Positions 1 to 19,730 of a stretch of DNA of 64,000 nt are shown here, piece by piece. Source of the DNA: the human T2T-CHM13v2.0 reference genome, Homo sapiens; the NCBI RefSeq assembly GCF_009914755.1, contig NC_060947.1. One strand, given 5' to 3'. The translations under genes were made by a program, and so were the position numbers. A model generated the notes under the pieces. It saw nothing but the letters and a program-made list of their open reading frames with translations, did not search any database and was not told the DNA's origin. Each line of letters begins with the position of its first letter. The first letter of the stretch is position 1.

Positions 1-571
1 GCTGAGTACTGGGAGGAGGCGCCTGGGAAACTGCAGCCCTTGCCCCAGGTTCACTCCTCCCACCACCACCCCACCCCCACCAGACCCTGCCTGCGACCCA
101 TTCTCCACTGGTCTGTGAAGCCTCCCAAGGCCATTTATGCTTGGAAGGTCTGTCCCCCCTGCCCCCCCAGCCTAAGCGCCCCAAGGCTTGCATTCCACAG
201 CAGCTCCCGCCCTCCCACAGGCCTTCTGCCTGCCCCCAGGAAACATTCTCATACTAATCAAATTAAAGGTGATCACTTTCACCTAATCCCACTTTGTCTA
301 AACATGAAACTCCTGTGTGTGTCCCTTCCCCCAAGGTCACTCGCTGTAGCCCTTCCCTTCGGGCTTGCTCATCTCTTCTTTCCAGATCAGGATTTCATGT
401 TTGCGAGTTCACTGCTGGTGCTGTCTGCCTGGGCTACTTTTATGTACCTTCCTTACCTCCCCCATAAGACAGGGGCTTCCTTGAGGGCAGCAACAACTGT
501 GTTGGACATTGATGAAACCTTAGCACCTTGCATCATGTATGGCATGTAACAGACACTCAATTTGTGTTTGT

Positions 572-680
572 GGAATGAATGAAGGGATGAATGGGTGGAT
601 GGGTGGGTGGGTGGATGGCTGGATGGATGGCTGGATGGATGGATGGATGGATGGATGGATGGATGGATGGATAGATTGGT
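572..680 (+). repeat. (GGAT)n/(GGGT)n tetranucleotide microsatellite
   Basis: ggatggatggat... with variant units. Confidence 0.95.
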
Positions 681-3600
681 GGTATGGGTCAGTCAGCATC
701 TGTGAGGTGTGTTTTCTGGGCAACGTTTATCTGTATACGGTGGATGCGGGTAGGTGTCACGTACTCTGCCTTACACGAGAATGAGCAAAATGTGCATACC
801 TTCTGGGGTGACCTCTGTATGTTTTTGCATTGTCATTTACCCAGGTGCGCTATTTGCGTTGGTTGTGGGTGTGCAAGCGCACTGTAGGTATATGTGTGTG
901 CAGGGTGTGTGCATGTGTCCCAAGCGTGGAGACGTGTGCACGAGAGCCTCTGTGTGTCAAAGGGCTGCCCTGGTCTGGCCAGCAAAGCCGCAAGCTCAGT
1001 TGTCAGTTCCTCCTCCGGGCCAGCCTCAGCTGCCTTCGTGAGAATGACAAACCTGAGCTAATGCTGGCTGGAAGTGGCTGTGCTGAAGATGGGGGTGGGG
1101 TTCTCAGGAAGAGAATGCCAGGCCCAGCTAGATATGTGGCCCATGGGTCCCGGGGATGAGACCCCCAAAGTCCATGTGCCAGGGAGCTGGTGGGGGAGGG
1201 AGGCAGCCAGGGCCCTGCACTGCATTGAATGGAATCCTTGGTCACCAATGCAGAGAGGTTTGAAATCAAAGAGAGACGATTCCCAGGGCATTCTTTTCTG
1301 TGTCCACATATTGAGGTAGCAAAATCCAGGACTTGGTGGGTGCAGGCTTTGCTGCCTCGGGATTGTGAGGTATTGTGAAGCTATACCCAGCACCCGAGGC
1401 TCATCCTGGTGATCGTCTACCCTGAGCCTGAAGCTAAGGTCTTGAAGGGGTGGAGGGGGAGGAAGTAGCTGTCCTACTCTTTTGGCCAAGGCTGAGAAAC
1501 CATCCGCCCTAACCGTCCAGTCCAGAAAGTTTCCCCCTCCCCCTTGAGATGTTTGAGGATTTGAAAGTGAGAGGTGGAGAGAGGCTCATTTGCATGTTCA
1601 CTCACTCTCCCCAGCAGAGGAGTGAACCCCCCCTTCAGTCCTTCAAAATAACCTCCTTCTCCCAGGAACCCGAAACCAAAGATGCCACCATCATAGGAGG
1701 TGCGCCCTGTGGGCCAGGGAGGCCCCCACCAGGGGCTCCCTTCTCCAGTGGGCCCTTTGGCTGGGACGCAGCTTCAGTAGCCTAGAGCCCTGGATGCTGC
1801 CTCCCCAGCAAGTAGACAAATCAGGGAGCACACACGGACACTTGGCTCGGGGAATTGAGGAGCCTGTGAACCCTTAGTAACTGGTGGTGAATTCCCCTAC
1901 CCTGCCCCATGCTTGCACAGCTCACAGCTTGCTCCAGTCACAGTCCCCTCGCAGGGTGGCAAGAGCTCCACTCCCTTCACACCCTTTGAGGCCCTACAGG
2001 GTCTCTGACTCCCAGCGCCTGTCTTACTTGGGCCAAAAGCAAAGCCTTTGCGAGAAAGTATGTGCCCCTGGGTGCCCTCTGAGTGTATGGACCTTAAGAG
2101 GGAGTGTGCAGGCAAAGGCGCCGACCTCCTGGCCTGCAAATACACACCTCTGTGGCTCTGACTGCATTTCAAAACCGAAGCAAAATAGAAGTGGTTTGGG
2201 CTGCTCCTGTGTCACAACTCGGCCCCCTTTAGATGCACAGACCCTTCCTGGGGCTGTCACTGAAACATACCAAGCAGTGTCCAGCAACCACTCATCTGGG
2301 CCTCCCTTACAGGAAATAGCCCCAATGTGAAAGCCACGTCCACAGTCTCCGTGGAGTGAGTTTAAATCTACACCCTTTCAGCTGAGCCAATGGCTCTCAC
2401 AGAATTGCTGGTAACACCCGTGGCATTTTCGCACATGCCAGGAAACATGGAGGCCAGATGGTCAGCTGGGCCACAAAGCACAATTCTCCTTCTCCGGTTC
2501 CTTGTCCCCTTGGAGCCAGCTCTCACTCCTGAAATACCTCATCCTCCATGAAACCTTTCTGGAATTCTCTGGAAAGGAAGTGACAATTTCCTTCATGCCA
2601 TTTCCCACTCCCTCAACACCCCTCCCCCACAACCACAAGCAAAATGGAAACTACCCCAGGAACAGCTGTACCCTCGACTGAAAAACAGCCCGTCCTCAGG
2701 CGAATAGTCATCAAGCAGGGAACTGCCTGCTGTACCATGTGACCAGTGGCGTGGATTTAAGAGACAGAAGGCCAGAGTCAGGACTATATCCAGTCTGTAG
2801 TCCTGAACAGAGCAGAATTCACCCATCCACAGGACTTGAACCCCAAACCTCAGTCCAGTTATGGCTGGACTCCAATGAGTGAGCTAACCCTCCTACTTAA
2901 GCAAATGCCCAGTGAAGGGGCCCTAGTCACCGCTATTTTGTCAGCTCTTTCTCCTATTCCTTTCTTTCTACCAGCCACTCCATTTGAGATGAAACCAGGA
3001 AGAGGGAGGGAAAAAAGAAAGGTTTTGCAAGCTCTGTTGGTTGGGGTTTCTCTGTGCTTATTTACAAGAAACCCAGTTTCCTTCCTTGCTCCTCTGTCAC
3101 CACCTGATTCCAGCATAGGGTTTCTCCCAACTCTGATGGTGAGGTGGGCCCAGGGTTCTTCCCCAGTTACAGCCCCCGCTCTCACACCCTGCTCAGCTCG
3201 CCTCTTCCCCTACCTTCTTTGCAGGCCTTGATCTGTCCCAGAGGAGGAGTGATTAGATGGCAGGTCCCAGGCAAAGAGATGCTTTTTCCTCTTTCTCCAG
3301 GGGACCCACAGCCCACCCACAGTGTAGACTGCCTAGGGCCGGGGAGGAGGAGGGAGGCGTTCTGGCTGCATCCTAGCAAGATGTGTGACCATGGAAAAGT
3401 CGGCCATCTTTCTGGGCTGTGGTTTCTGTCATCCTTCGAGCAGGTGAGGGTTGTGAGTAATCCAGGCTTAGCAGGTGCTCACCAGGGAGTCTCGGGTGAA
3501 TAAAGATGGCAGTGGAAAAGCACTTTGAAAATTAAAAAGCGTTCATCCAGATGATGAGTTTCAGGTGACCTCCCAGAGAGCAACAGGGGCTGTGGGCCCC

Positions 3601-4277
3601 ATTAAGCTCCAGACGGTGGACCCCACTGGCTCCAGAATACACAGGGTGGGGCTGGAGGGTTCCAGTTGTTGGGTGGCAAGGGGCTGACTCCTTGCCTGGG
3701 CTGGGGACCTGGCAGGGAGGGAGGAGCAGGCTGCTGCGGCTGGTGCAGCGCACTGGATCCCCTGTCCTCACCCCGCCCCAGCACTTTGGGTTGTGGTTAT
3801 GTGGCAAGAAAGAGCACTACACTACAGAAGCCCCATAGGGGAGGAAGAGGAGGGGGAGGGTTAGTGACAAAGAGAACCTATTTCCCCAGCTGCTCTGAGA
3901 AGGCCAAAAGAGCACCCCCTGGAAGTGCCTGCGGCCACCACATCACCATCTCTAGTGCTTCATGCACGAAGCACAGGACAGTGGCACTAAGCCAATGACG
4001 GGAGAACCCACTGCAGGAAAAGGGAGAAACCCAAGTGTGGGGCAGCCACTAAACCCCAGTATAACGGTCTGCCAGCTCCAGCCTAGGAGAGCCCCCAGAA
4101 GCCCCTGCAGATCCTAAGATCATCGGCTTTCCAGCTAGAAGCCCCAGCTCTGCCTTGGGGTTGAGGCAGGTCACTTTCCTCTTTTGTAAAACAGGGATCT
4201 CCTATTTAGCTCAAGGGGTTGTTGCAAAAGGCCAATGAGCTAATGTAGGCAAAAGCTCTCTGTTAGCCCGAAACGTG

Positions 4278-4630
<353 letters not shown>

Positions 4631-4925
4631 TAGCATGTCTTTACCTAGATATAGAGGAAGAAAGGGAAATGGAGGTGGCGGGATGAAATGAAGGCTGAGG
4701 GGACAAAAGCAACAAATATAAAATGTATGGTAGAGAGAAGAAACCAGTTTGATTAGAGGGAGAGAGGAACATTGCTTGGGAAGCTGGATAAGTGGATCCC
4801 TGGAACTGTGGAATGAGAACTTAATATGGAAAGCGACTGTGAGTTACTGTAGATTCTTGAGCAAGGGAGGGGCATAACAAGCAGCCCTTTAGGAAGGGCA
4901 GTTTGGTCTGGGTATAAGAGTGGGT

Positions 4926-5055
4926 CTGAGGCAGGAGAATCACTTGAACTCAGGAGGCGGAGGTTGCAGTGAGCTGAGATCGCGCCACTGCACTCCAGCC
5001 TGGGCGACAAGAGTGAACACTCCATCTCAAAAAAATAAATAAATAAATAAAATAA
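4926..5055 (+). mobile_element. 5'-truncated Alu (right-arm part) with target-site duplication
   Basis: TSD ataagagtgggtctg at 4914-4928 and 5052-5066; (AAAT)n tail. Confidence 0.9.
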
Positions 5056-5229
5056 GAGTGGGTCTGTGAGTGGAGGAGATGGAGGGAGACCAGGTAGGGT
5101 AGCTGGAAGCCAGGAGGTGAATCCCAGAGCCACCCCAAAGTAAAGAAATTGATGGACTATGGGGAGATACAGTAGCTGTAGAGACCCCAAGATGTGCAGG
5201 GTGTTCTCGCTAAGAATGTTAAAAGATAT

Positions 5230-5536
<307 letters not shown>

Positions 5537-6017
5537 CTAATTAAATTCATTAGTGGGTTTTTTAGAAGCTGGGATAATCTATGTTGGTACCCACAGGATA
5601 TTAAGTCAGATAACTTTTATTGAAGGGACAGTGTTCTTTGTCAAGGTCCCTGCCAGCCCAGTGTGTGTCCTAGAAACTAACGTGAAGCCTCCTTGCTCAG
5701 ATCTGGAACTTTCCTGGGCAGCAGGGGCCATGGTGTGGTTGCTGCCTGCTTGGCACTGGCTGCCCCTCCCAAATGCGCCCTTCTGCCACTGGCCAATCCC
5801 CAGGCCAGCAAAAGCAAAGGACAGTACTTCAGGCACAAGAGCAGTACTCCAGCATCCCTTTCACAGAAGGGAGGGGTGCCAGAAAGGATGAGGTGGGAAG
5901 ACAGCCTACCAGGGCCTGGCCAGACAGGGAGGGCAGCCTCGGCTCCAGAAGTCATCGAGAGCTCCTGGGGTTCCTCCTTCTCTCTCACCGGCACGATTAA
6001 AACCTCTCCTCAAGTTA

Positions 6018-6338
<321 letters not shown>

Positions 6339-6583
6339 CACCTCTCCTTGAGTCAGAGTCCCAGGATATCAAAGTTATAAGAGACCTGAAAGATCATTGC
6401 ATCCATCCCTCTTATCATCCAACTTCTGCTACCATAGGAGAGGAAGTGACTTGCTCAAGGTGACACAGCTAGTTGCACTGTGACTCCCAAGTGACTCTTC
6501 TTCCTTGCCTCCTTCCTTGCTCATTGTCTCCTGGCATCCTCAAAAAAGCAACCCTTTCCTCTGGCAAGAACACACAGCAGTCA

Positions 6584-7290
<707 letters not shown>

Positions 7291-7469
7291 TCACACTGTC
7301 CCCCAGGCCTGACAGGCCCTTCTTCAACTTCTGCAAGCCCAATGCCCACAAGTCCTTCAAGATCTGAAGCAAATGTCACCTTCTTTTCAAAGCCTTCCCT
7401 GCTTCCTCCCCACCTGGCACACTCTCTCCTCCTCCTCATGACACCTTAGCTTTACTTCTTAGACCAAAG

Positions 7470-7605
7470 CAGGGGTTCATAAACTATGGCTCATGTGCCA
7501 AACCCAGCCCTGCGGTCCATTTTTAGACGGCCCATGAGCTAAGAATGGGTTTTACATTTTTTAATGATTGGGAAAAATCAAAAGAAAAATATTTCCTGAC
7601 ATATA
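7470..7605 (+). mobile_element. MER58-like hAT-Charlie DNA transposon fragment
   Basis: caggggttcataaactatggc...cggcccatgagctaagaatgggttttacattttt resembles the MER58 5' end. Confidence 0.7.
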
Positions 7606-7617
7606 GTGATTTTTTAA

Positions 7618-8390
<773 letters not shown>

Positions 8391-8499
8391 ATCATGTTGA
8401 TTTCTGAGAAGAATGTCACAGAGCACTTGGGGATGGAGGTGCCTGCAGGGAGGTGTGGGATGCCAAATACAACTCAGCAGATTCTCATCAGAAAGAAGG

Positions 8500-8640
8500 T
8501 CCTGGGCTGGGGTTAGGAGACGTGAGTTCTGCCCATGATGTGACCTCGAGCAGGTCACTTCTGCTTTGTGTGCCTCGGTTACCTCATCTGCACAATGAGG
8601 GGGTTGGACTGGGTGACCTAAGGGCCTGTCTAGCCCTATG
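8500..8640. mobile_element. MIR fragment
   Basis: Core tgtgacctcgagcaggtcactt...tgtgcctcggttacctcatctgcacaatgagggg. Confidence 0.7.
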
Positions 8641-9653
8641 ACTTAGACAGGCAGTGATCAACTGCATTACCATCTCCCACAGTTCTTAGCAGGCATGGTC
8701 CTGATCATTTACCCTCAGAACAAAAGCTTACAGAAGGGTCCTCTGCCCAGCTGTGGTTTTCCGCTGCCCCCATGGGCCTCCCTCACTCCACACTCACCTG
8801 CCCTGCCCCACCCTTCCCGTCTGCTGACCTTTCTGCCCTCCTCTCGGAATTCCTCTCCTTGCAAAATGAAGATGGCCTCCTCTGAAAGAGCCCTCCCCTC
8901 CCTCCAGTCCGGTGGGCTAAAAGCCTCCACTTTTTTGGGAGGGAGACAGGGAAAGGACTCTCACCTCTCCCCAGCCTCCCAGGGCCCACAGCAGACAGGC
9001 AGTGGAGTAGGAGATAGGGCCAGCTCTCACCGCACCCCTGCTCTGCCAGCGGAAACAGCCCTTCTCTGCCACTTCCTGTCCCAGGGGTTTCAGCAGTTTC
9101 CCCTTCGGGGCCTGCTGGCCCTCCCAGCCCCGCCCCTGCCTCACACAGGTCAGGGAGTGCAGAGAGGGAAGGGCCCTGCGTGGTGAGTGGGGAGGATCCC
9201 TCACAGGAAGGCTGAGGAGACAGCTGTCTACACAAGGGGACGCCCCAGTGGCAGGTCTACCAGACTGCTTTGGGCTAGGAGCAGGTACAAGCGGATGCAG
9301 TACCTGGGAGGGAGATTGGGGCTCTCTTGCTACCACAAACCCTCTCCACAAACCCTCTCCTACTACCAGATGAGTAGAAATGACTTTATCACTTTACCTA
9401 GCTGTCACCTTGAGGGGTGGAGTGAGCCTGGCCTTAGAGGACTGGATAAAAAACTGGAATATAAATGCTGAGGTCAATGTCCAGGAAGGACTAGCCCAGG
9501 GTGGCTTCGAATGGAGGGACAGGTTTAATGAAGCAAGAGGATGAGAGGTTAGTTCACTGGGGCAGATGACATTGAAATCAATGTCACTTCGTAATTTTGC
9601 AGGGGCCTTGTCCCTAGCACCAATGGACACAGGCGACAACGGAGGGCAAAGTA

Positions 9654-10198
<545 letters not shown>

Positions 10199-10751
10199 TC
10201 AAGGGTAGAGGCATTTTCTGGGTGATGTAGCAGGAAACTCTCACATTCCATGGTGGCTGATGACTTGGTGTGGTGACTTCCACTCTTAAGTACCTCCCAG
10301 GTGCTGTTGCAAGGTGGGGTTCCTAGCCGTAGGGCTGTGTGCCTGTGAGGTTATTGTGCAGGCAGGTGACCCACTCAGTGAGACCCTCCCAAGGCCATGG
10401 GTCAGAACAGCTGTAAGCAGCCTGAGGCTTTGGACCTCTCTGCCCAGTTGCCAGTCCTCCTGGGGACAGGCCAGAACTATGTGATGCTGGCTCTAGAAGC
10501 CTTGCTGCCTGGTTCGGGGGCCTCGTGGTGGATGGACACAATCACCTTGGCTTCCCCGTAGTGATATTGTTCCCTGAGGTTCAAGCAGCTGTGCAAGAAG
10601 CTAAGGGGATTCCTACAAATGATGGTTCTGGATGGGCCTGCAAAAAAAATGGCTGAGAAGGTGATCTTGATACCTCTCTCAGCTCGGGGCCATATTCTTG
10701 TATCTTTGGCCAAGAACCCTGCCCAGCCAGGCCTCCTGTCATGAGAGCAGG

Positions 10752-11427
<676 letters not shown>

Positions 11428-12904
11428 CTATGTCCCCCCTAGGACAAAGAGGAACCAGTTCCCTCCAGATAGGGCCCCGCCGCCCCTGAGGGGAGTACCT
11501 GCTTGTCCACTCCTGCAAGCTGGAGTGAATACGGCTTCACAGCTGGTAGGGAGAACGCCAAGGAAACCTTAGAAACAACATCTGGATGTGCACCTGGGCT
11601 TCTGCCAGCCCCTCCCTACATCTGCAGCACAAACCCAGGGCCAGGGTTTGGTTACAAGCCTGGCTCAAAGCTGGCGGCACGTGTTTGGGTGGAGGGGGTG
11701 GAAGCGCTTGAGGTTGGTGCCAGCTCAGGGTGAGCACTTGTGGGGTTGGCAGTGACCTGAGCTGCTGGTGGGCCGAGGGTGGTGGGTGTGGCCACTGTGG
11801 TCTCAGGCATGGCCTGCTGGGGGAGGGGCAGTGGGGCGTGGGTGCTTGTGTAAAGGTGGGCAAGATTTTCTTTTGCGCTCTCTGATACCACTTCAAGTTG
11901 CTCCCCCTGCTTCGGGAAAAGGAGGGCCAAACAGTAAAAATGACAAGATGACAGGGTGGTGTGCAGGGAAGGTGGCAGGGATGTGTAGTTCTGGGGTGCT
12001 ACACCGTCCCTGCAAAGGAGCCAGTAAGTGGCAGAGCCGGGGTTTGAACCTAGCTTTATTTCCAACTACTACACACAATGAACTTTGTTTTCAGTGAAAT
12101 CTGCTTTGGTAATAATTCTGTTTTAATAGTTTCATTTGAAAAACAGTAGAAGTGAGGCTCAGAGATTAGGTAACATGATCAAGGCCACCACTGCCCAAGA
12201 ATGGAGGCAGAACTCAAACTGGGGCCGGTGTGACCTTGATCTTGAAGTCCCTGCTTTTTCCTCTGTCCATGCTAGCAACCATCTGCTAGGATCCCTAGCT
12301 CAAGGCTGGCTCACAGCTCTCCACTTCGAAGCCTCAGAGCCCCTGTGGGGCCGCTTCAACAGAGGCTTCCCAGGCTTGTGTCCCAAGCCCCTCAAGGACT
12401 CAATGTCAACCCAAGCTCCATCTAGTAAGTCAATTCTAACTTCCAATGGTGACCATGTGAGCTCCTGTGGCCAGCTGCGGAGAAGGAGTATTGTGGAGGG
12501 GGAGCCTTCCAGCTCTGATGATGTGGAGGCCGACTCTTCCTATAAGCTCTGCTGTTTCCAGAGAGTTCCTGGCTCCAGACCTCAAGTAGCCACAGCATGG
12601 TCCCTGCCCCATAAATATACACTTGCTCTTGGCTTACATATAATGTAAGTCTGGGCTCTTATCTTGGGGTGTTGGTTCACATGTTTATTCAAATATTTAT
12701 GGAAAGTCAGCCTTGAACACCTCATAGGTGCCAGGCCCAGGGCCAGGGGACTAATCACGGGGCCCACCCTATTCTCTGTGGTAGAGTCTCTTTGTATCGA
12801 AGTTCCCAGTAAGCTCAGTAGCCCATCTGCCTAAACAATATTGCTGGGTGCTCCACCCCCTCAAAACATGTTTGTAGCAAGTTATCTTCAAAATTGAGGC
12901 CCAA

Positions 12905-13432
<528 letters not shown>

Positions 13433-13816
13433 TGTCTTTTTTTTTTAACTGAGGCCCAGAGAAGGGCAGCGGCCCACTGAAGGCCATGCACAAGCTAAGG
13501 TCCTCTGGTTGATGGCTCCAAGGCTGTTTCCTCCTCCCAGCCTCCCTATAATCCTAGGCAAGGGTAAGTACAGGGTCACTGAGTATGCATGGCAGGTCCA
13601 ACCTTATGCAAGCTGCTTTCCTTGGGGTAAGCAGTGGAAAACACTTCCAACTAAGGACTTTAATTTCAGGTCTTCCATTAATGTGGCCAAGTCCCTGCCC
13701 CTCTCTGGATCCCAATTTCCCTATCTGTAAAGTGAAGTAGGCGAGTTTGGTAATCTTTTGCTAAAGGCTCAGCCAGTTCTGAACCTCTGAGGTTCTAATT
13801 AGAAAGTACTGCAAGG

Positions 13817-14311
<495 letters not shown>

Positions 14312-16089
14312 TCAGATACGTGGCTCTCCTTTGGGTGCTGCAGGAGGCCTTTGACACAATTAAGTGTTCAAATAGATGCTCCTCACTGATAGTGATGATG
14401 AAGATTTTCCCATGAGATTCAAATTCTCTATGACAATCCTTCTGTTGACTGTCTCCATGAGGGGCAGCTCAGTTCTGATTTCGCCTCAGCAGTGCTAGGT
14501 GGTAGAGCAACCCATAATAGAGACCCATTGATCATGTCCTTTGGAGATGTCAGGAACCAGGTTCTTGGGCTGGCGCCCAGGCCAGCAGCCCCACCTTGCA
14601 CTGAGCTTGCCTTCATGGTGGAGGGAGTGATCCTTGATGGCCACCAGCCTAGCCCCCGCTGGACAGGATGTTTCCACATCAAGCCCCACTTCCTGCAGCT
14701 AGGCCTGGGCTCCGGTTTCCCCCCTCTCCTGCCATCTGGTCGCCTGCCCTCTGCCCCCTCCCCTTGCCGGGTGTTTACAGGCTGCCTTATCAGCCTGGGG
14801 AATCTGGGCCTCACCCAGCCGGCTGCCCCCGCCCTGCCTGGCCCAGACAGCCTGCCCAGGGCCCTACCTGCTCTTTCGTCACTACAGGCTCCCGCAGCCT
14901 GGAGCCCCCCTGAGCCATGGGCAGGCAGGGGGTGTGGACGAAGGATTGCTGCCTGGCACAGGCCCGCAGTGCCTGGGGCCCTGCCTGCCAGAGCGAAACC
15001 TGAATATTCATAGTGCTTTATGCAGCTTGCTCAAGCTGGAGAGGGCATGCGTTCTTTTTAAATTGTACCTTCTCTATCTGCAGGCTATGGAGACAGGAAT
15101 GAGACGTGGTGCTGCTAAGGAAGCTAACTTTGACCTGGAGTGCCTCCTCGGCTCTTCTGTACTTAGCCACCCAGAGATGACGGTGGGTAGCTCTAGGCTG
15201 AAAGGCACTGCAAGTCCGGGCAGATATATTTGTTTTTTACTGGAGAGCACTGTAAACACTCTAAGCTAAAGGTGGGGCTGAATGAGGGGCTGCAGGCTGA
15301 CTGTGATGGAGGAGATGAGGCTGGGAAGTCCTTGGGCACAATCTTGGCCAATCCATACCCAGGCTTCTGAGCCTCATGGGTCCCAAGCTGTCTGTGTCCA
15401 TCCCACCCTGGGATCTATGCACCCACCCAAAGGCTAGGATGAGGCCAGACCTAACCACTGAGCGAGCTAAAAGATTATCCCCCAGGACAGAAGGGCCTAG
15501 ATTTTTCCATCAAATGTGTTTGAATCACAAAGGGAGACAGGGACGGAGACTGGAAGCAAATGAAGATGCTGAGGGTGACAGATTTCCCTTCCAGCACTTT
15601 AGGCTACATTTCTGAAAGTTCAACCTCTGACCCACCTGCAGGCAGGCCCTACAGAGACAGGGCCTGCATGCCAAAGCTGACCAAGCCCCAGACTAGGCGT
15701 CAAAGCCACAGTCCAGACTGGGCTCATCTTCCAGGGGCCTCCATTTTGTTCACTGATAAATCACTTAAAATGTACTCGAGGCAGTAGATTGCAACATTCA
15801 CATTTAAGATCAAAAGTCATACTTCCAAGAAATTTTAACTGTCCTTCTAGGTCTCTAGAATACAATTTTCAGTAGTTTGGGAGCACTTGGGTGGGAAAGT
15901 TTGGAAAAACTCTGCTAAGTCAATTTTGCCATTAATGGGCTATGTAACCACAGGCACGCCACGTCACAGGGCTCTCGCAGCCTCGGGCCTCCCTCCCTAG
16001 AGATTTCATGCTATCCAGAGCTCCACGCAGGCTTATTGACCATAGTGGCTATCAGGGCTCCACATTTCTTCCCTCTATCGAAATGTTCA

Positions 16090-16735
<646 letters not shown>

Positions 16736-18312
16736 TCTTAATACATTTTCTTTTAAGGATACCATCTGGAACTAACATGTTTGAGCCTGAGAAGGGGCTC
16801 CAGGGCAAGTGGTCACCTGGTGGGGCCAACCAGCAGGTGAACTATAGAGTGTTTCTCAGTGGTTCTACCTCCTGTCACCCCAGTAGCCATGGAGTGAGCT
16901 GGTCTTCACCATCTGTACCCCATACCTGTGGGTTCTGTTAGGAAGCTATATGGAGTGAATGTGAAAATCCTTTGGAAAGCTAAAAACTAGGCCTGGTGCA
17001 GCAGAAAACCCACTTGACTGGGAGTGAGGAAGATCAAGTTCCAGTCTTGGCCCAGCCTCTGCCTAGCTCCTCCCTCAGCTTCTGAGCTGGCGCCAACTCC
17101 TACTCCAGGACACACATTGACATCGATGGCTGTGACCACACCAGCCAGACTCGGCAGAGCCTTATGGTCCAAACTCATCTGCTCAGTTTCCAAAGGTCCT
17201 TCACAGTCTGACCCCACCCTACCTACTCCGGCTTGTTTCCCATGATTTCCCAACTTAAGCCTGGGCTTGAAGCCCAGTGGTCTCCTCATGGTCCCCTGAG
17301 GGAACATTCCAGGCTCATTCACGGAGTTTCTCAGGCCTGCCATGCCTTTGCTGCTCCTTTTTGGCTAATCAAATAGTGCCTATCCAGCAAGGGCCCAATC
17401 ACATCCACCAACCCCATGGAGCTGGTTGTACCCTCATAATTACGGTCTGCACCCATGGAACCCCCTTCTCTAAGCCCCCATGACCCTTAAATTCTACCAC
17501 AAGATTTATTAATCCCACAGGGTCTTGAATTGCCCTTTAATTATTTCACGTGTATCTCTTGTTTCCCCAACAGGTAGTAAAATCCACGGGATCAAAGCCC
17601 ATTTCATCTCCTGACTAACACAGGTTTGGGCATTCATGAATGAAGTTCACCTAAATTCTCAACAAGAGTGAGATCTCTAGAAATGAGACCACAGGTCCTG
17701 ATAGATCTTAGGGCTACAGACTAGGGGTAAGGTAGCCATAGAGTTGGGCAAATGTCTCCAGGGCTCCAATGTTACTTTTCCTCTCTTGCTCCAGGCCTCT
17801 GTTAGGGACAAGATGTATTAGCTAGAGTCATTTATTCTAAGTGGCATTGAGAAGGCAGTTGATGATCAGGTCATCACCAAAGCATTCTGTCTTTGTACAA
17901 AACCACAATGTTTCCACCCTGGGGTTATTGGTTGATCACTGAACCCTCAGGAAAGACTTCATTCTGGATCAGGTCTAAGAAGTAAAGTGATTCAAGAAAA
18001 CAGGGGTATGAGGATAACTATATGAGGAAAAATTTTATTTAAAGAAGCCTTTTGTTTTCTGGACAGACAAGGCTGAGCAAGAATATGATTGGCATCTATA
18101 AAATGATGTATGAGGCAGATAGTCATGGATTTATTAACCAAAAATTGGTAATAAATGAAGAGCAAATAACAAATAAGTAGTCCTATTTTACAAATGCATA
18201 ATAAAGTTAAGCAACTTTTTAGGCTAAGAATATCAATTAAAAGATAAGCATCATCTAAAATAATGGTAACATAAGGAACAAACATGATTATAAAATAAGA
18301 TTTAAAAAACAA

Positions 18313-18962
<650 letters not shown>

Positions 18963-19039
18963 ACCAAACATATTTGTTACAACAAAAATTAACGCAAGTG
19001 GGATAAATGCAAATATTAAAAGAAAATGTTATGGACAAG

Positions 19040-19651
19040 TCAGCCCTAAAAATCACATGAAATCGCAAAGGACTTAAACTAGCCAAAAACAACTTCAAAC
19101 AAAAGCAAAGTTGAAAGGCTAATACTACCTGATTTCAAGAATGATTATAAAGCTACAGTAATCAAAACAGTTGGTGTTAATGTAAAGAGAAATAAGTAGA
19201 CCAATCAATGGAATTGAATAGAGTGCAGAAATGGGCCCACATATAGACAATGGTAGTAGACTGATGATAGCTTTTTCAAAAATAGTGCTAGAATAATTAG
19301 ATATTCATATGCATAAAGAAAAAGAAAAAAAAGGCTGGGTGCAGTGGCTCACGCCTGTAATCCTAGTACTTAGGGAGGCCAAGCTGGGAGGATAGCTTGA
19401 GGCCAGGAGTTCAAGATCAGCCTGGGCAACATAGTGAGAACATACCTCTACAAAAAAAAAATTTAAAATTAGCTGGGCATGGTGGCACACTCTTGTGGTC
19501 CCAGCTACTTGGAAGGCTAAGGTGGTAGGATTACTTGAGCTCAGGAGGTCAAGGCTGCAATGAACCATAATCATACCACTGCACTCCAGCCTGGGCAACA
19601 GAGCAAGACCAAGAAAAAGAAAGAAAGAAGAAAGCAAGAAAGCAAGATAAA

Positions 19652-19730
<79 letters not shown>

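Noticed and set aside
40-549. 169-aa ORF at the window start
   Set aside because: Non-ATG start, no recognisable homology, and it overlaps old repeat-like sequence.
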